DNA of 64,000 nucleotides from assembly GCA_963823035.1 (NCBI GenBank), contig CAWGKG010000016.1, forward strand, positions 1 through 64,000. The letters run 5' to 3'. Shown piece by piece: positions 1 through 10,275 of the stretch; the stretch's first letter is position 1; the number at the start of each line of letters is the position of its first letter. The DNA is from an uncultured Gemmatimonadales bacterium (lineage in GTDB: Bacteria; Gemmatimonadota; Gemmatimonadetes; Longimicrobiales; Gaopeijiaceae). Under the pieces are notes generated by a model. It searched no databases. It was not told the origin of the DNA and worked only from the letters and a program-made list of their open reading frames with translations. The position numbers and the translations under genes are program-made.

Positions 1-2
1 TG

Positions 3-737
3 TTGCTGATCACGTCGCAGGTGGCTCTGGGGCAGGGAAGGACGGTCACGACGCGCGCCGCGGATGGTGTGACGGTCTACGGTGAGGCCTACTTCGGCGA
101 GCTGGGAAGCACCGCGCCCCTGGTCCTCCTCTTCCACCAGGCCGGATCGAACGGGCGCGGTGAGTACGGGGATCTCGCGGGGTGGCTGAACGCTGCCGGC
201 TACCGGGCCATCGCCTGGGACCTGCGCTCGGGCGGCGGGCTCTACGGTCGGTCGAATCGCACGGCGGCCGCGGCGGGGCCAGCGGCGGACGTCGGCTATT
301 GCGATGTGGTGCCCGACCTGCAGGCCGCCCTCGACTACGTCGTCTCGGAGGCGCTTGCGGAGACCGTCGTCCTGTGGGGCAGCTCCTACTCCGGGTCCCT
401 CGTCTTCGCGCTCGCGGCGCGTAACCCCGAGCATGTGGCGGGCGTGATCGCGTTCTCCCCGGCGCCCGGTGGACCGATGGTGGACTGCCGTGCGCGCCAA
501 TGGGCGGATTCGGTGCGGGCGCCGATCGCGGTCTTCCGCCCCGCCTCGGAGATGCAGGTAGCATCGGTGGTCGAGCAGCGCGACATCCTGGCTCGTGCGG
601 GCGCCGACGTCCACGTGGTGGACAACGGCGTCCACGGCTCGTCGATGCTGGTGGACGATCGAACGGGGCAGGACATGGGCGGCGCCCGGGCGGACGTCCT
701 CTCCTGGTTGCGCGGGGTGGCGCCGCCGGGGCGCTAG
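3..737 (+). CDS. alpha/beta hydrolase (dienelactone hydrolase-like), 5'-partial
   Basis: LLFHQAGS oxyanion motif, nucleophile elbow LWGSSYSG, C-terminal HGS; ORF open at window edge. Confidence 0.75.
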   Translation: MLITSQVALGQGRTVTTRAADGVTVYGEAYFGELGSTAPLVLLFHQAGSNGRGEYGDLAGWLNAAGYRAIAWDLRSGGGLYGRSNRTAAAAGPAADVGYCDVVPDLQAALDYVVSEALAETVVLWGSSYSGSLVFALAARNPEHVAGVIAFSPAPGGPMVDCRARQWADSVRAPIAVFRPASEMQVASVVEQRDILARAGADVHVVDNGVHGSSMLVDDRTGQDMGGARADVLSWLRGVAPPGR

Positions 738-745
738 GCCCGTTC

Positions 746-1339
746 ATGGGATCGCTCCCGCTTCCCCCCCGCGTCGAAACGCAGCGCCTCGCGCTCCGTC
801 CCTGGCTCGGGGAAGACCTGGACGCCGTGCGCGCGGCGCTGGAGGAGAGCGTGGACCACCTCCTGCCCTGGATCCCGTGGGCCACCGCGGAGAAGCCGAC
901 CGCCGAGCAGGTCCGCGCCCTCCTGGCGGGGTGGATCGAGCAACGCGAGTCCGGAAGCAACTTCATCTACGCGATCTTCGACCGTGCGGAGGGGCGGCTG
1001 CTCGGTGGGATCGGGCTGTACGCACGGGTGGGGCCGGGAAGCCTCGAGATCGGATACTGGCTCCGGCGGAGCGCATCCGGCTCCGGCTTCGCGACCGAGG
1101 CCGCGCGCGCCCTCGCCGCGGCGGCGTTCGCGCTCGACGGCGTGCGTGCTCTCGAGATCCACACGAGCCCGGAGAACCTCGCCAGCCGGCGCATTCCGGA
1201 GAAGCTCGGATACCGGCTGATCGAGACGCGCTTCGGGCCCGACGGGGGTGGGCGCGACACCCTCGTGTTCGGTCTCGATCGTCCCGACGACGACACCGCC
1301 GATGAGCCTGAGCAAGGGGTTCGCGGATCGACCCCGTGA
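746..1339 (+). CDS. RimJ/RimL-type GNAT N-acetyltransferase
   Basis: ETQRLALRPW, EIGYWL...GSGFATEAA, ENLASRRIPEKLGY motifs; ATG at 746 inside ORF 500..1339. Confidence 0.85.
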   Translation: MGSLPLPPRVETQRLALRPWLGEDLDAVRAALEESVDHLLPWIPWATAEKPTAEQVRALLAGWIEQRESGSNFIYAIFDRAEGRLLGGIGLYARVGPGSLEIGYWLRRSASGSGFATEAARALAAAAFALDGVRALEIHTSPENLASRRIPEKLGYRLIETRFGPDGGGRDTLVFGLDRPDDDTADEPEQGVRGSTP

Positions 1340-1463
1340 GTCCTTCGGGCGGTTGAACGGGAGGCCGTGGCGGTCCTTGCCGATTCGCCGCGAGCGGGCA
1401 AGGTTTCGAACGTGGCGAAGGTCTGCCCCCTTCGGTTCCGTCACGCTTGAAGGGGGAGGTGAG

Positions 1464-2600
1464 ATGATCCCCACGCCTCGTTCGTTCGACCTCTCGCGCC
1501 CGCGCGCGATTTTCGTCCTCCGCGCCGTTCTCCTCGTTCCGCTCGTCGCCCTTTCGACCTGTACCGACGCCACCGGCCCCGACCCGGCCCCGGAGTCGCA
1601 GGACCAGATCTACTTCGTCAGCACCCGTGCAGGGAGCCTGAACGATTTCGGGGCGGCCCAGAGCGACATCTACCGCATGAACGCGGACGGATCGGGCGTC
1701 GAGCGCGTCACGACCCGCAGCTCTGCCTACAAGCACCTCCGCCTCTCCCCCGACGGCACGAGCCTGACCCTCTACGCCAGCCTCGGTGCCTGCTACGACA
1801 TCTGGGTCATGAAGCTGGACGGGTCGGACCTGACCCAGCTCACGGGCGTCGCCGGATACGAGCGCTGCAACGAAAGGCCGGAGTGGTCGCCGAGCGGCGG
1901 GATGATCGCTTTCGTGAGCTCGCGGAACCCGCAGCGGGGGTGGGAAGCCTACGTGATCAACGCGGACGGTACCGGACTGGTCGACATCGGCAACAACCCC
2001 AGCACGGATTTCGACACGTCCTACGACGGCGTGGACGGCTGGTCGCCCGACGGACGCGTCGTGCTGAGCAGCACCAGGGACGGCACTGAGCGAGCGTATC
2101 TCGTCGGAGCGGACGGATCCGGCCTCGAGCCGCTCTTCGGCTCCGGGGAGTACCTCCACCCCCAGTGGTCCCCGGACGGGCACAAGGTCATCGCCACCAG
2201 CGCGCGTGAGGGAAACTGGGAACTCTACGCGATGAACGCGGACGGCACCGGCGTGGTCAACCTGAGCGCCAACGCCGCCTTCGACGGTCCGTGGCAGCAG
2301 GGCCAGAGCGCCTGGTCGCCGGACGGCTCCAGGATCGCGTTCTACAGCAGGCGCACGGGCGACTCGGACATCTTCCTCGTGCACGCCGACGGGACCGGCC
2401 TGGTCAACCTCACGGACGATCCGGCGGAGGACGAGTTCGTGGCGTGGAGCCCCGATGGGACGAGGATCCTCTTCTACAGCGACCGCGGCGGCGATGCGGA
2501 GCTGTACCTCGTGGACGCCGACGGCGGCACGACATCGAACGTCACGAACTCTCCCGCGACCGTGGACGGCCCGGACGCCACGTGGGTGCCGGGCAGGTAG
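1464..2600 (+). CDS. TolB-like PD40-repeat beta-propeller, exported
   Basis: Repeated WSPDG and MNADGTG motifs, hydrophobic signal region, GGAGG before ATG 1464. Confidence 0.85.
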   Translation: MIPTPRSFDLSRPRAIFVLRAVLLVPLVALSTCTDATGPDPAPESQDQIYFVSTRAGSLNDFGAAQSDIYRMNADGSGVERVTTRSSAYKHLRLSPDGTSLTLYASLGACYDIWVMKLDGSDLTQLTGVAGYERCNERPEWSPSGGMIAFVSSRNPQRGWEAYVINADGTGLVDIGNNPSTDFDTSYDGVDGWSPDGRVVLSSTRDGTERAYLVGADGSGLEPLFGSGEYLHPQWSPDGHKVIATSAREGNWELYAMNADGTGVVNLSANAAFDGPWQQGQSAWSPDGSRIAFYSRRTGDSDIFLVHADGTGLVNLTDDPAEDEFVAWSPDGTRILFYSDRGGDAELYLVDADGGTTSNVTNSPATVDGPDATWVPGR

Positions 2601-2634
2601 GCGCTTCGCCTTGCGCCGGTGACGGACGCCGCGA

Positions 2635-3952
2635 TCAGCCGGCTCCCGCCCGCTCCATGCGGACCACGCGGTCCCAGTCGACCCATCGCGTGAGGTACAT
2701 GGCGGCGGCGAGGGCGACGAAGAGGCCGAGGGACCCTGCCAGCAGGGCGTACTTCTCGAGGCTCAGGAGCGCGAGGAGGTACGCGTAGAGCCCGGCCACG
2801 GCACCGCCGACCGCCGCGCCCCTCATCGTGGAGCCTAGGACGGCCTTGGCGTACGTCCCGACCAGACCGACGACGCCGGCCGAAGCGGCGGCGTACGCGC
2901 TCAGGAAGCCGATGAGCTCACTCAGCGACAGCTCGAGCAGGTAGAACAGGCACATCCCGGCGCCGACGAGGAGGTACTGCATGGCGTGGACGCGCACGCC
3001 GGTCATCGTGTCGAAGAGCCAGAGGGTCCCGAACGTCAACAGGAGGAAGAGGGGAGCGTACTTGGTGCTCCGCTCCGACATGCGGTAGGGGTCGATCGGG
3101 GAGACCAGGTCCACGCCGAAACGGGAGCGCATCACCTGGTCGTACGGGTCGCTCGCACCGCTCCAGGTCTGCGGGTAGTCGCGCCCCAGGAAGGGCACCT
3201 TCCACGTGGCGGCGAAGCCCGCCTCGTCGACACGCCGCTCCGTCGGGAGCCAGGCGCCGCCGAATCCCGGGTGCGGCCAGTCGCCGGTGAGCCGCACGTC
3301 GGTCTCGCGCGCGAAGGGCACGAACCAGAGGGCCTTGGATCCCTGGAGGGCCAGGTGGAGCTCGAAGGAACCCGAGCCGGGGTCGGGGCGCGTGACGTCG
3401 GCGTGGATACCCCGCCTGCCCTCGCCGGCGTTGGCACCGGGCAGGAGGCTCACGGCCTCACCCTGCCAGAGCGCCGACGCGCCGGCGGACAGCGCCCCCG
3501 GATCGGAGACCTCGATCACGAGGCGCGCGCGCTCCCATGCGAGCCCGGCCTCGTCGATGCCCGAGGCGGCGAGCTCGCCCGCGTCGAACCGGCCGCGCAG
3601 CACCAGGTCCGCCGTGTACACGGGGACGGTGAACAAGCCCCTCCGGAGCGCGCGGGCGCTCATCGCGCCCTCGGCCACGAGCGTGGCCGGCAGGAGGCTC
3701 ACCGGCCCCTCCGGTGCCGGCCCTCCGTCGGGTGCCCGGTACGGGACGACCAGGCGTGGACCGAGGATCGACTGGGCAGCGCCCCAGCTGCCCACGACGT
3801 CCGCGACCGCTTCGTCCCGGGTCGCGATCCTCTCGTCGATGATCCCCCGAACGAGCTGGATCGGGGCCTGGAGAACCAGCGTCAGCCCGAGGACCGTCAG
3901 CGCCCCGGTGACAGGGCGAGAGAGCCGGCGAGCTGGACGTTCGGATTTTCAA
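2635..3952 (-). CDS. creD: inner membrane protein CreD (apparent frameshift near 5' end)
   Basis: WPHPGFGGAWLP, GFAATWKV, PIDPYRMSERSTKYAPLFL, VHAMQYLLVG, MYLTRWVDW motifs. The frame extends upstream of ORF 2635..3795 (LVLQAPIQLVRGIIDER) without a start; TTG at 3952 is in another frame. Confidence 0.85.
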
Positions 3953-3956
3953 CGGC

Positions 3957-5156
3957 CTATGCGCCACCGCCGAGCTTCTCCAGCTTCTCCCGTATCGCCG
4001 CGTTCCCGGGACTCCGGGCGAGCGCTCGTTCGTAGTAGGTGCGTGCGCGGCCGGTGTCCCCGCGCGCGGCCCAGACATCGCCCAGGAACTCCGCCGGGCG
4101 GGGGCTCTCGGGGTAGAGCTCCGTCGCCATCTCGCCGAGCTCGATCGCTTTCGTCGTGTCCTGGCCCAGGGCGACCCGGGCCAGCAAGGCGACCATGAAC
4201 TCCGAAGGACGGAAGGCCGCCCCGAGGCGCGTCGAGACCTCCCGGAAGTGCTCGGTCAGGACGGCCGGCTCCGCCAGGACGCGCCCGAGCGGCACGCGGT
4301 AGCCGTCGAAGACGAAGCGGAGGGCGTCGTACTCGGCGATCAACGGTACCGAGCCGTGGTCGTCGTCGGGATAGTAGCGGAACGCGTAGCGGATGCCGCT
4401 CCGGTCATAGGCGCGCATGACCGCGTCGAACTGCGTGATGGCCGAGAAGTGCGGGTTGGGGAGGGTGTCGTCGGGCTGGATCGTGTTGGCCTGCGCCACG
4501 TAGAGCGCCTTGTGCTCGAGGCGGGCCGAGCCGAAGTAGTCCTTCGCCTTCCGCAGCAGCGTGTCGTGATCCCACCAGAGGCTGGGGTCGATCGCCACGT
4601 ACGCGTTGAACGTCTCCGGGATCTCGTAGAGCGCGTTGAGCGCGGTGATCCCGCCGAACGAATGGCCCACGAGGAGCCGGTAGGGCATGGTGCGGTAACG
4701 GGCGTCGATGTGCGGGATGAGCTCCTTGGTGAGGAAGTCGAAGAACGCCGGATTGCCGCCGCTCGAGGCGAAGGCGGGGTTGGGCTCGCCGTCGGGGCCG
4801 GCGGTGGTGTGCGTCGGCGTGAGGTCACGCGTCCGGTCCGTGTTCGGGATCGCGACCACGATCATCTCGGGGATCGCGAACGTGCCGTTCACACCGGTGC
4901 CGAGGATCTGCGCCAGGCCACTCACCGAGTGGAAGTGCGCGTCGCCGTCGAGGAGGTACAGCACCGGATAGCGCTGAGGCGTGCGGGTCGTGTCCGTGTA
5001 CGACGGCGGCGTGTAGACCAGGTACGGCCGGTACTCGTTCAGGGTGGGCGACCGGATCGAGTCCACCGTCCCGATGGACACGCTGCGATGAAAACGCTCC
5101 TGCGCCATGCAGCGCAGCGGCGTCAGGAACAGCAGGAGGGCGGTCAGGACACGCAT
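3957..5156 (-). CDS. putative esterase (IroE/Fes-like alpha/beta hydrolase) with C-terminal TPR
   Basis: YPVLYLLDG, DRTRDLTP, GHSFGG nucleophile motif, DDHGSVP; signal peptide. Confidence 0.85.
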   Translation of the reverse strand: MRVLTALLLFLTPLRCMAQERFHRSVSIGTVDSIRSPTLNEYRPYLVYTPPSYTDTTRTPQRYPVLYLLDGDAHFHSVSGLAQILGTGVNGTFAIPEMIVVAIPNTDRTRDLTPTHTTAGPDGEPNPAFASSGGNPAFFDFLTKELIPHIDARYRTMPYRLLVGHSFGGITALNALYEIPETFNAYVAIDPSLWWDHDTLLRKAKDYFGSARLEHKALYVAQANTIQPDDTLPNPHFSAITQFDAVMRAYDRSGIRYAFRYYPDDDHGSVPLIAEYDALRFVFDGYRVPLGRVLAEPAVLTEHFREVSTRLGAAFRPSEFMVALLARVALGQDTTKAIELGEMATELYPESPRPAEFLGDVWAARGDTGRARTYYERALARSPGNAAIREKLEKLGGGA

Positions 5157-5300
5157 CGTAGGACTCCGCGTTCGGGAGAAACCAGCGGCGACCAAGATGC
5201 GAGGAGAGGCGCTGCGCTACCAGCGTGGCTTGCCGCACCCGGCGCCCGGGGCGATCGTGGCGGCTCTTCTCTCGAGGATGGGGCTGGAGGGTCGTGGGTG

Positions 5301-5528
5301 ATGAAGGTCTGTGTGGTCGGAGCTTCCGGGAAGCTGGGCAAGTACATGGTGCGGCACGCACTCGACCGCGGGTACGAGGTCGTCGGCGTGTGCCGGGAGA
5401 AGAGCGTAGGCAAGCTCGACGAGTTCGGCAGCCGGGCGCCCGCCATCGTCGGCTGCCGGACGCCCTCCGCCCTCGAGCCCGCCCCCGACCACGGCGACCC
5501 CGAGGGGACGGGGGACCACGTTGCCTGA
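5301..5528 (+). pseudogene. NAD(P)H-binding (NmrA/flavin-reductase-like) protein, internally deleted remnant
   Basis: Rossmann start MKVCVVGASGKLGKYMVRHALDRGYEVVGVCR joined within about 45 codons to a C-terminal-looking APAIVGCRTPSAL; only 75 aa. Confidence 0.7.
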
Positions 5529-6042
5529 CGCGGCGGCGTCGGCGATCACGGTCCGCCCCGCCGACGAGCGGGACGTCCCGGCGCTCGTGGCGCTCAACCG
5601 GGTGGTGCAGGCTCTGCACGCCGAGGCGGAGCCGTCCGTGTTCCGCCCGCGCGACGACCTCCCGGGCATCGAGGCCTTCCACCGGATGGCCCTCGGCGGA
5701 GAAGGCCTCCACACGTTCGTCGCGGAGCTGGGCGGTGAAGTCGTGGGCTATGCGTCTCTGGAGGTGCAGCGGCGGCGGGCCCACACCTTCGCCTGGGCGC
5801 ACAGCCGGCTCTATGTGCATCAGGTGAGCGTCGATCCCGGGTGCAGGAGGCGGGGCGTCGGCCGCGCTCTGATGGACGGCGTGGACGCGCTCGCCACGGA
5901 GCTGTCGTTGCCCGAGGTCGCCCTCGACACCTGGACGTTCAACGCCGAGGCCCGCCGGTTCTTCGAGGCGCTGGGCTATTCGGTGTACAACCTCCGCTTC
6001 AGGAAGGACGTGGCGAAGGACGGGGACGGGTCGCGGGGGTAG
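5521..6042 (+). CDS. GNAT N-acetyltransferase
   Basis: VDPGCRRRGVGRALM, FNAEARRFFEALGY. Confidence 0.85.
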   Translation: MPDAAASAITVRPADERDVPALVALNRVVQALHAEAEPSVFRPRDDLPGIEAFHRMALGGEGLHTFVAELGGEVVGYASLEVQRRRAHTFAWAHSRLYVHQVSVDPGCRRRGVGRALMDGVDALATELSLPEVALDTWTFNAEARRFFEALGYSVYNLRFRKDVAKDGDGSRG

Positions 6043-6133
6043 CCGGCGCCCGGGCCGCGGCCACCGGGAACCTCCGTCCGCGAAGCGCGTGTTGGGGCGG
6101 CGAGTCCCTCCGTTTCCTCCTCTCCGAGCCACC

Positions 6134-7054
6134 ATGGACCTCCTGCACGCGATCGGCGACACCTCGATGGTCCGGCTCCGCCGCCTCGTCCCCCCCGACT
6201 GCGGCGACGTGCTGGTGAAGCTGGAGTGGGAGAACCCGACCGGGAGCATGAAGGACCGCATGGCCCGCGCAGTGATCTCGCGTGCCGAGTCGGACGGGCG
6301 GCTACGGCCCGGCGGCCGGGTGGTGGAGTACACGGGCGGGAGCACCGGGGCGTCGCTGGCGCTGGTCGCCGCCGCGTCGGGCTACGGGATCCACATCGTG
6401 AGCTCCGATGCCTTCAGCGGGGAGAAGCTGGACCAGATGCGCGCGCTGGGCGCCGAGCTGACTCTGGTCCCGAGCGAAGGCGGGCTCACGACGAAGAAGC
6501 TGATCCTGGACATGATCGAGCGCGCTCGCTCGCTGGCGGCCGAGCCGGACACGTATTGGGTCGATCAGCTCCACAACGCGGACGCGATCGCGGGTTACTA
6601 CCCTCTGGGCGAGGAGATCTGGCGACAGACGGGGGGCCGGGTCGACGCCTTCGTGCACTCCGTCGGTACCGCGGCTTCACTGCGGGGTGTCGCCACGGCG
6701 CTCCGGGGCCATGAGGCGGGGATCCGGATCGTCGCGGTGGAGCCGGCCGAGTCTGCGGTGCTCTCGGGCGGCACCGCCGGGCCACACAAGATCGAGGGCG
6801 TGGGCATCGGCTATGTGCCGCCGCTCTGGGACCCATCGATCGTGGACGGCGTCGAGGCGGTGGAGACGAACGCCGCGAAGGAGATGACGCGGCGCCTCGC
6901 GCGCGAGGAGGGCCTCTTCGCCGGGACGTCCTCCGGAGCCAACGTCCTTGCCGCGATCCGCGTCGCGAGGGAGCTGGGACCCGGCTCGACGGTGGTGACG
7001 CTCATGGCTGATTCCGGTCTGAAGTATCTGAACACCGACGTCTACCGATGCTGA
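6134..7054 (+). CDS. PLP-dependent cysteine synthase family protein
   Basis: KLEWENPTGSMKDR PLP-lysine motif, HKIEGVG, EEGLFAGTSSGAN, DSGLKYL. Confidence 0.9.
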   Translation: MDLLHAIGDTSMVRLRRLVPPDCGDVLVKLEWENPTGSMKDRMARAVISRAESDGRLRPGGRVVEYTGGSTGASLALVAAASGYGIHIVSSDAFSGEKLDQMRALGAELTLVPSEGGLTTKKLILDMIERARSLAAEPDTYWVDQLHNADAIAGYYPLGEEIWRQTGGRVDAFVHSVGTAASLRGVATALRGHEAGIRIVAVEPAESAVLSGGTAGPHKIEGVGIGYVPPLWDPSIVDGVEAVETNAAKEMTRRLAREEGLFAGTSSGANVLAAIRVARELGPGSTVVTLMADSGLKYLNTDVYRC

Positions 7055-7096
7055 CGGCCGCTACCCACTCGTTCGCGGAGGTGAGCAGTGAGATCC

Positions 7097-7712
7097 ATGG
7101 TCGGGCGGGTCATCGAGGTCTGGCGCTATCCCGTCAAGTCGATGTTGGGATCGACGGTGGCGAAGGCCCGCGTGGACGCGCTCGGCATACCGGGGGACCG
7201 CGCGCTGGCCCTCCTGGACGTCGAGACCGGGTCGGTCGCCAGCGCGAAGCACCCGCGGAAGTGGGCCGACCTGCTGAGGTGCACCGCGGAGTACCTTTCG
7301 GACCCGTCTCCCGGGGAGCCGGCTCGATCCTGATGCCAGCTTCGACCGTCGCAGGTTTCGACCCAACCTGCTCGTCGACGTCGAGCGGGACGGCTTCGTC
7401 GAGAACGGCTGGATGGGGGCCGTCCTTCGGATCGGGACGGCCATCCTGGAGGTCTTCGACCCGAGTGGTCGCTGTGTCGTGACGACGCTCGCCCAGGGCG
7501 ACCTCGGGCGGGAGCCCGCGGTGCTGCGCACGGTGGCGCGCTCGATCGCGGTACCGAGCCTGACGCTCGCGCCGGGCGTTGTGGTGGAGGCGGTCGCGGG
7601 GATCTACGCACGCGTCGTCCGTCCCGGAGACGTCGCCCCGGGCGACGTCGTGTCGATCGAGGCGGGCTCGGGCGGAGGTGGCAGTGGCGGGGCCGGTCCA
7701 ACCCACGCCTAG
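7097..7712 (+). pseudogene. MOSC domain protein, internally deleted and out of frame
   Basis: N-part WRYPVKSM...GDRALAL stops at 7333; from 7323 another frame reads LDPDASFDRRRFRPNLLV...RCVVTT...GIYARVVRPG (MOSC C-domain). Confidence 0.8.
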
Positions 7713-7810
7713 CCGCCCCGCCGGGCCCCCGTGTCTTGCAGGGGCCGTGGCCCGTTCGGCATCATGCCCCTGGCGGACGGCGCGATGGACGCCGGAACGC
7801 GGGAGGGGCG

Positions 7811-8521
7811 ATGGGGGAGCAGGAGAGCGGATATCTGGAGCTGCCGGAAGAGCCGCCGGATCGGCCGCGCGTCGTGGACGAGGCGGACGAGGTCCTCGGC
7901 ACCTACGGATGGCAGCTCGGTGCGACCGGCGCGGTGGCGACGGTCGTCTGGATCGCCAGCGTGTGGCTGCGAGCGCCGATCCCCCTGATTGCGCTCGTCG
8001 GATTCCTCTTCGTGCTCGTGGTCCTCTACCGGTCGCCCGTGACGCGCGCGCCCAAGCTGGCGCGGGAGGTTCTCCGGCGCTGGGACGAGCTCCGTGTGCA
8101 GCGGGCCCTGGAGAGCGCGGGAGCCAACGACGACCCCCGCCTCGAGGTGGCCGACGCGATGGCCCGTAGGATCGTGCGCCATCCCACGGTGTCGCCGATC
8201 GTCCGGCAGACGGCCGAGGCCCTCGTCCACCGACTTCGCGTCCTCCTCTCCGACCTGCGCCGCATCGAGTGGTTGGGCCGCACGACGTCCTTTGGGGAGG
8301 AGCGGGGCGCACGGTCGATCTCCGATCTCCAGGACGTGCTGGACGCCCGCGTCGCCAGCGTCCTCGCGCAGCTCGCCGAGCTGCATCGCACGGTCGTGCT
8401 GCGCGACGCGGGCGCCACCGAGCGGGCGGTAGCGAGCGTGCGCGAGCTGTTGACCACGCTCGAGGCCGAGGACGAGGTCGAACGTCTCCTGGCCGACGCC
8501 GAGCGGGGAGAGAGGGGCTGA
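7811..8521 (+). CDS. hypothetical membrane protein (2 TM + helical C-domain)
   Basis: GGAGG before ATG 7811; two hydrophobic segments then an amphipathic helical region. Confidence 0.65.
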   Translation: MGEQESGYLELPEEPPDRPRVVDEADEVLGTYGWQLGATGAVATVVWIASVWLRAPIPLIALVGFLFVLVVLYRSPVTRAPKLAREVLRRWDELRVQRALESAGANDDPRLEVADAMARRIVRHPTVSPIVRQTAEALVHRLRVLLSDLRRIEWLGRTTSFGEERGARSISDLQDVLDARVASVLAQLAELHRTVVLRDAGATERAVASVRELLTTLEAEDEVERLLADAERGERG

Positions 8522-9735
8522 CGAGCGTTCGGCGAAGCAGTGCGGCGGTGGTCGCGCGGGCGCGACGGACCGTGGGCCCGGCCGCGGCTGCACTGCTGCT
8601 CGCGGCCTGCGGCCGGACGGGGGACGCGACGCCGGGGGGGGTCACGGACAGCGCCGGGGTGCGGCTGGTCACGACGGGCGCGCGCGACCTGGCGTCTCTT
8701 CCCCGGTGGACGATCCGGACCGAGCTGACCCTGGGCGGGTCGGACGACCGCACCGGGCCCGTGCTCCACCGCGTGGCGGACGTCCGGTTGCTGGCGTCGG
8801 GGACGGTGGCCGTGGCGAGCCGGGGCACCTCGCAGCTGCTCTTCTTCGACCGCACGGGGCGATGGGTCGGACGGGTGGGGCGGGAGGGCGACGGACCGGA
8901 GGAGTTCAGGGCGGTGGTTGGCGTGCGGGAGGTGCGCGGGGATTCGCTCGTGGCGCTCGACCGGGTGCTCCGGCGCCTCACGATCCTCGACACCGGGATG
9001 CACGTGGCGCGCACGGCACCGCTCGAGGGCGAGCTGGCCACAGTCGACCTGGTGGGCGTGCTCGGCCCTGACCGCGTCGTGGTCCAGGACACGAAGGTCC
9101 GGGCGCCGACCGGTGCCGGCATCGAGGACAACCCGTCCACGCTCCTCGTCTACGACCTGGACGGGCGTCGCCTCGGCAAGCTCGGGACCTACCCGGCGCT
9201 GAGCTGGAAGCGGCTGTCTGCCGGAGCCATTGCCCGGCCGCAGTTCGCGCCGACGGCCACGTTCGGCGCCGCGGCCGGCCGGGTGTGGGTGGGGTTGGGC
9301 CGCGCGTACGAGGTCACCCTGCTGGACGCCGGAGGTGAGCCCGATGTCATCGCACGCTGGTCGGGGCCGAGCCTCGAGGTCACCGCGTCCGAGCGGGAGC
9401 GGTGGCGCTCCGACGTCCTGGGGTGGGCGACCACGGGAGAGGAGCGCGCTGCGGCGCGCGCGCAGCTCGACGCTGTGGTCTTCGCCGATCGGAAGGCAGC
9501 CTACGACCGTGTCGTGGCGTCCGACGACGGAGGCGTCTGGGTGCGGACGTATGCGCCCTTCGAGACCGACTCGCTCGATTGGCTGGTGCTCGACGGCTCG
9601 GGGCATGGCCGCGCCTCGCTTCGGACGCCGGCGTCGTTGCGGGTCTTCGACGTCCGCGGAGGGGAGGTGGCGGCCACGCTCACGGACGAGCTCGGCGTGG
9701 AGCATGTGGTGATCGGGCGCGTGCGGGAGGGGTAG
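8518..9735 (+). CDS. 6-bladed beta-propeller (NHL-like) putative lipoprotein; start uncertain (CTG 8518 or GTG 8548)
   Basis: LLLAAC lipobox-like, VTDSAGVRLV, GREGDGPEEF, C-terminal TDELGVEHV. Confidence 0.75.
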   Translation: MTSVRRSSAAVVARARRTVGPAAAALLLAACGRTGDATPGGVTDSAGVRLVTTGARDLASLPRWTIRTELTLGGSDDRTGPVLHRVADVRLLASGTVAVASRGTSQLLFFDRTGRWVGRVGREGDGPEEFRAVVGVREVRGDSLVALDRVLRRLTILDTGMHVARTAPLEGELATVDLVGVLGPDRVVVQDTKVRAPTGAGIEDNPSTLLVYDLDGRRLGKLGTYPALSWKRLSAGAIARPQFAPTATFGAAAGRVWVGLGRAYEVTLLDAGGEPDVIARWSGPSLEVTASERERWRSDVLGWATTGEERAAARAQLDAVVFADRKAAYDRVVASDDGGVWVRTYAPFETDSLDWLVLDGSGHGRASLRTPASLRVFDVRGGEVAATLTDELGVEHVVIGRVREG

Positions 9736-9821
9736 ACGTCAGGCCCGGCCGAGGCTCTCCGGACCCGACGCCGGGGGGCGCGCACCTTGAGCGCGCGCGT
9801 GCGGTTCGGCATGTTCGCGGC

Positions 9822-10226
9822 ATGAGGCTCACCGTCGAGAACGACCCGGAATCCGTCAAGCGATACCGGCACACGAAGCCGGCCCGTGGCTTCGGCGTCC
9901 GGCCGTGCTCCGCCAGGTTCACCGGAACCACGCGCACGTGCACGTTGCCCAAGCGCCACCGCGGACCCCACGTCGCGCACGGGAGGCTCGGTAGGGTCCT
10001 GGCGGTCTGGGACGGGGGCGTCGAAGTCACGGCGACAGGCGCCTCGAAACCGACCGTGGGAAGCACCCGGAGCGTGCGGGAGAGGAACAAGGCCGTCGGG
10101 CTGCTGGACGTCGTTCGGGGGGTCGTGGAGCGGATCGATGTATCCGTGGAGGGGATCGCCCTTCTCGTCCTGTTCGGCGCGCTGGTCGTGTTCGTCATCG
10201 ACTGGCTCCTCATGATCATCGGGTAG
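9822..10226 (+). CDS. hypothetical protein with Cys/His motif and C-terminal TM helix
   Basis: CSARFTGTTRTCTLPKRHRGPHVAH; ends in a hydrophobic helix. Confidence 0.6.
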   Translation: MRLTVENDPESVKRYRHTKPARGFGVRPCSARFTGTTRTCTLPKRHRGPHVAHGRLGRVLAVWDGGVEVTATGASKPTVGSTRSVRERNKAVGLLDVVRGVVERIDVSVEGIALLVLFGALVVFVIDWLLMIIG

Positions 10227-10275
10227 GAGGCCGGCGACGAAGATCCGGGCGGCGGGCCCCGGGAGCCGCGGAAGG

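Noticed and set aside
1600..2590. Repeated DNA motifs such as tggtcgccggacgg and aacgcggacgg
   Set aside because: They encode PD40 protein repeats (WSPDG, NADG) and are not a CRISPR or non-coding repeat.
6134..7054. Cysteine synthase as the CysM-like partner of the Ubl at 62164
   Set aside because: It is 55 kb away and nothing in the sequence links them.
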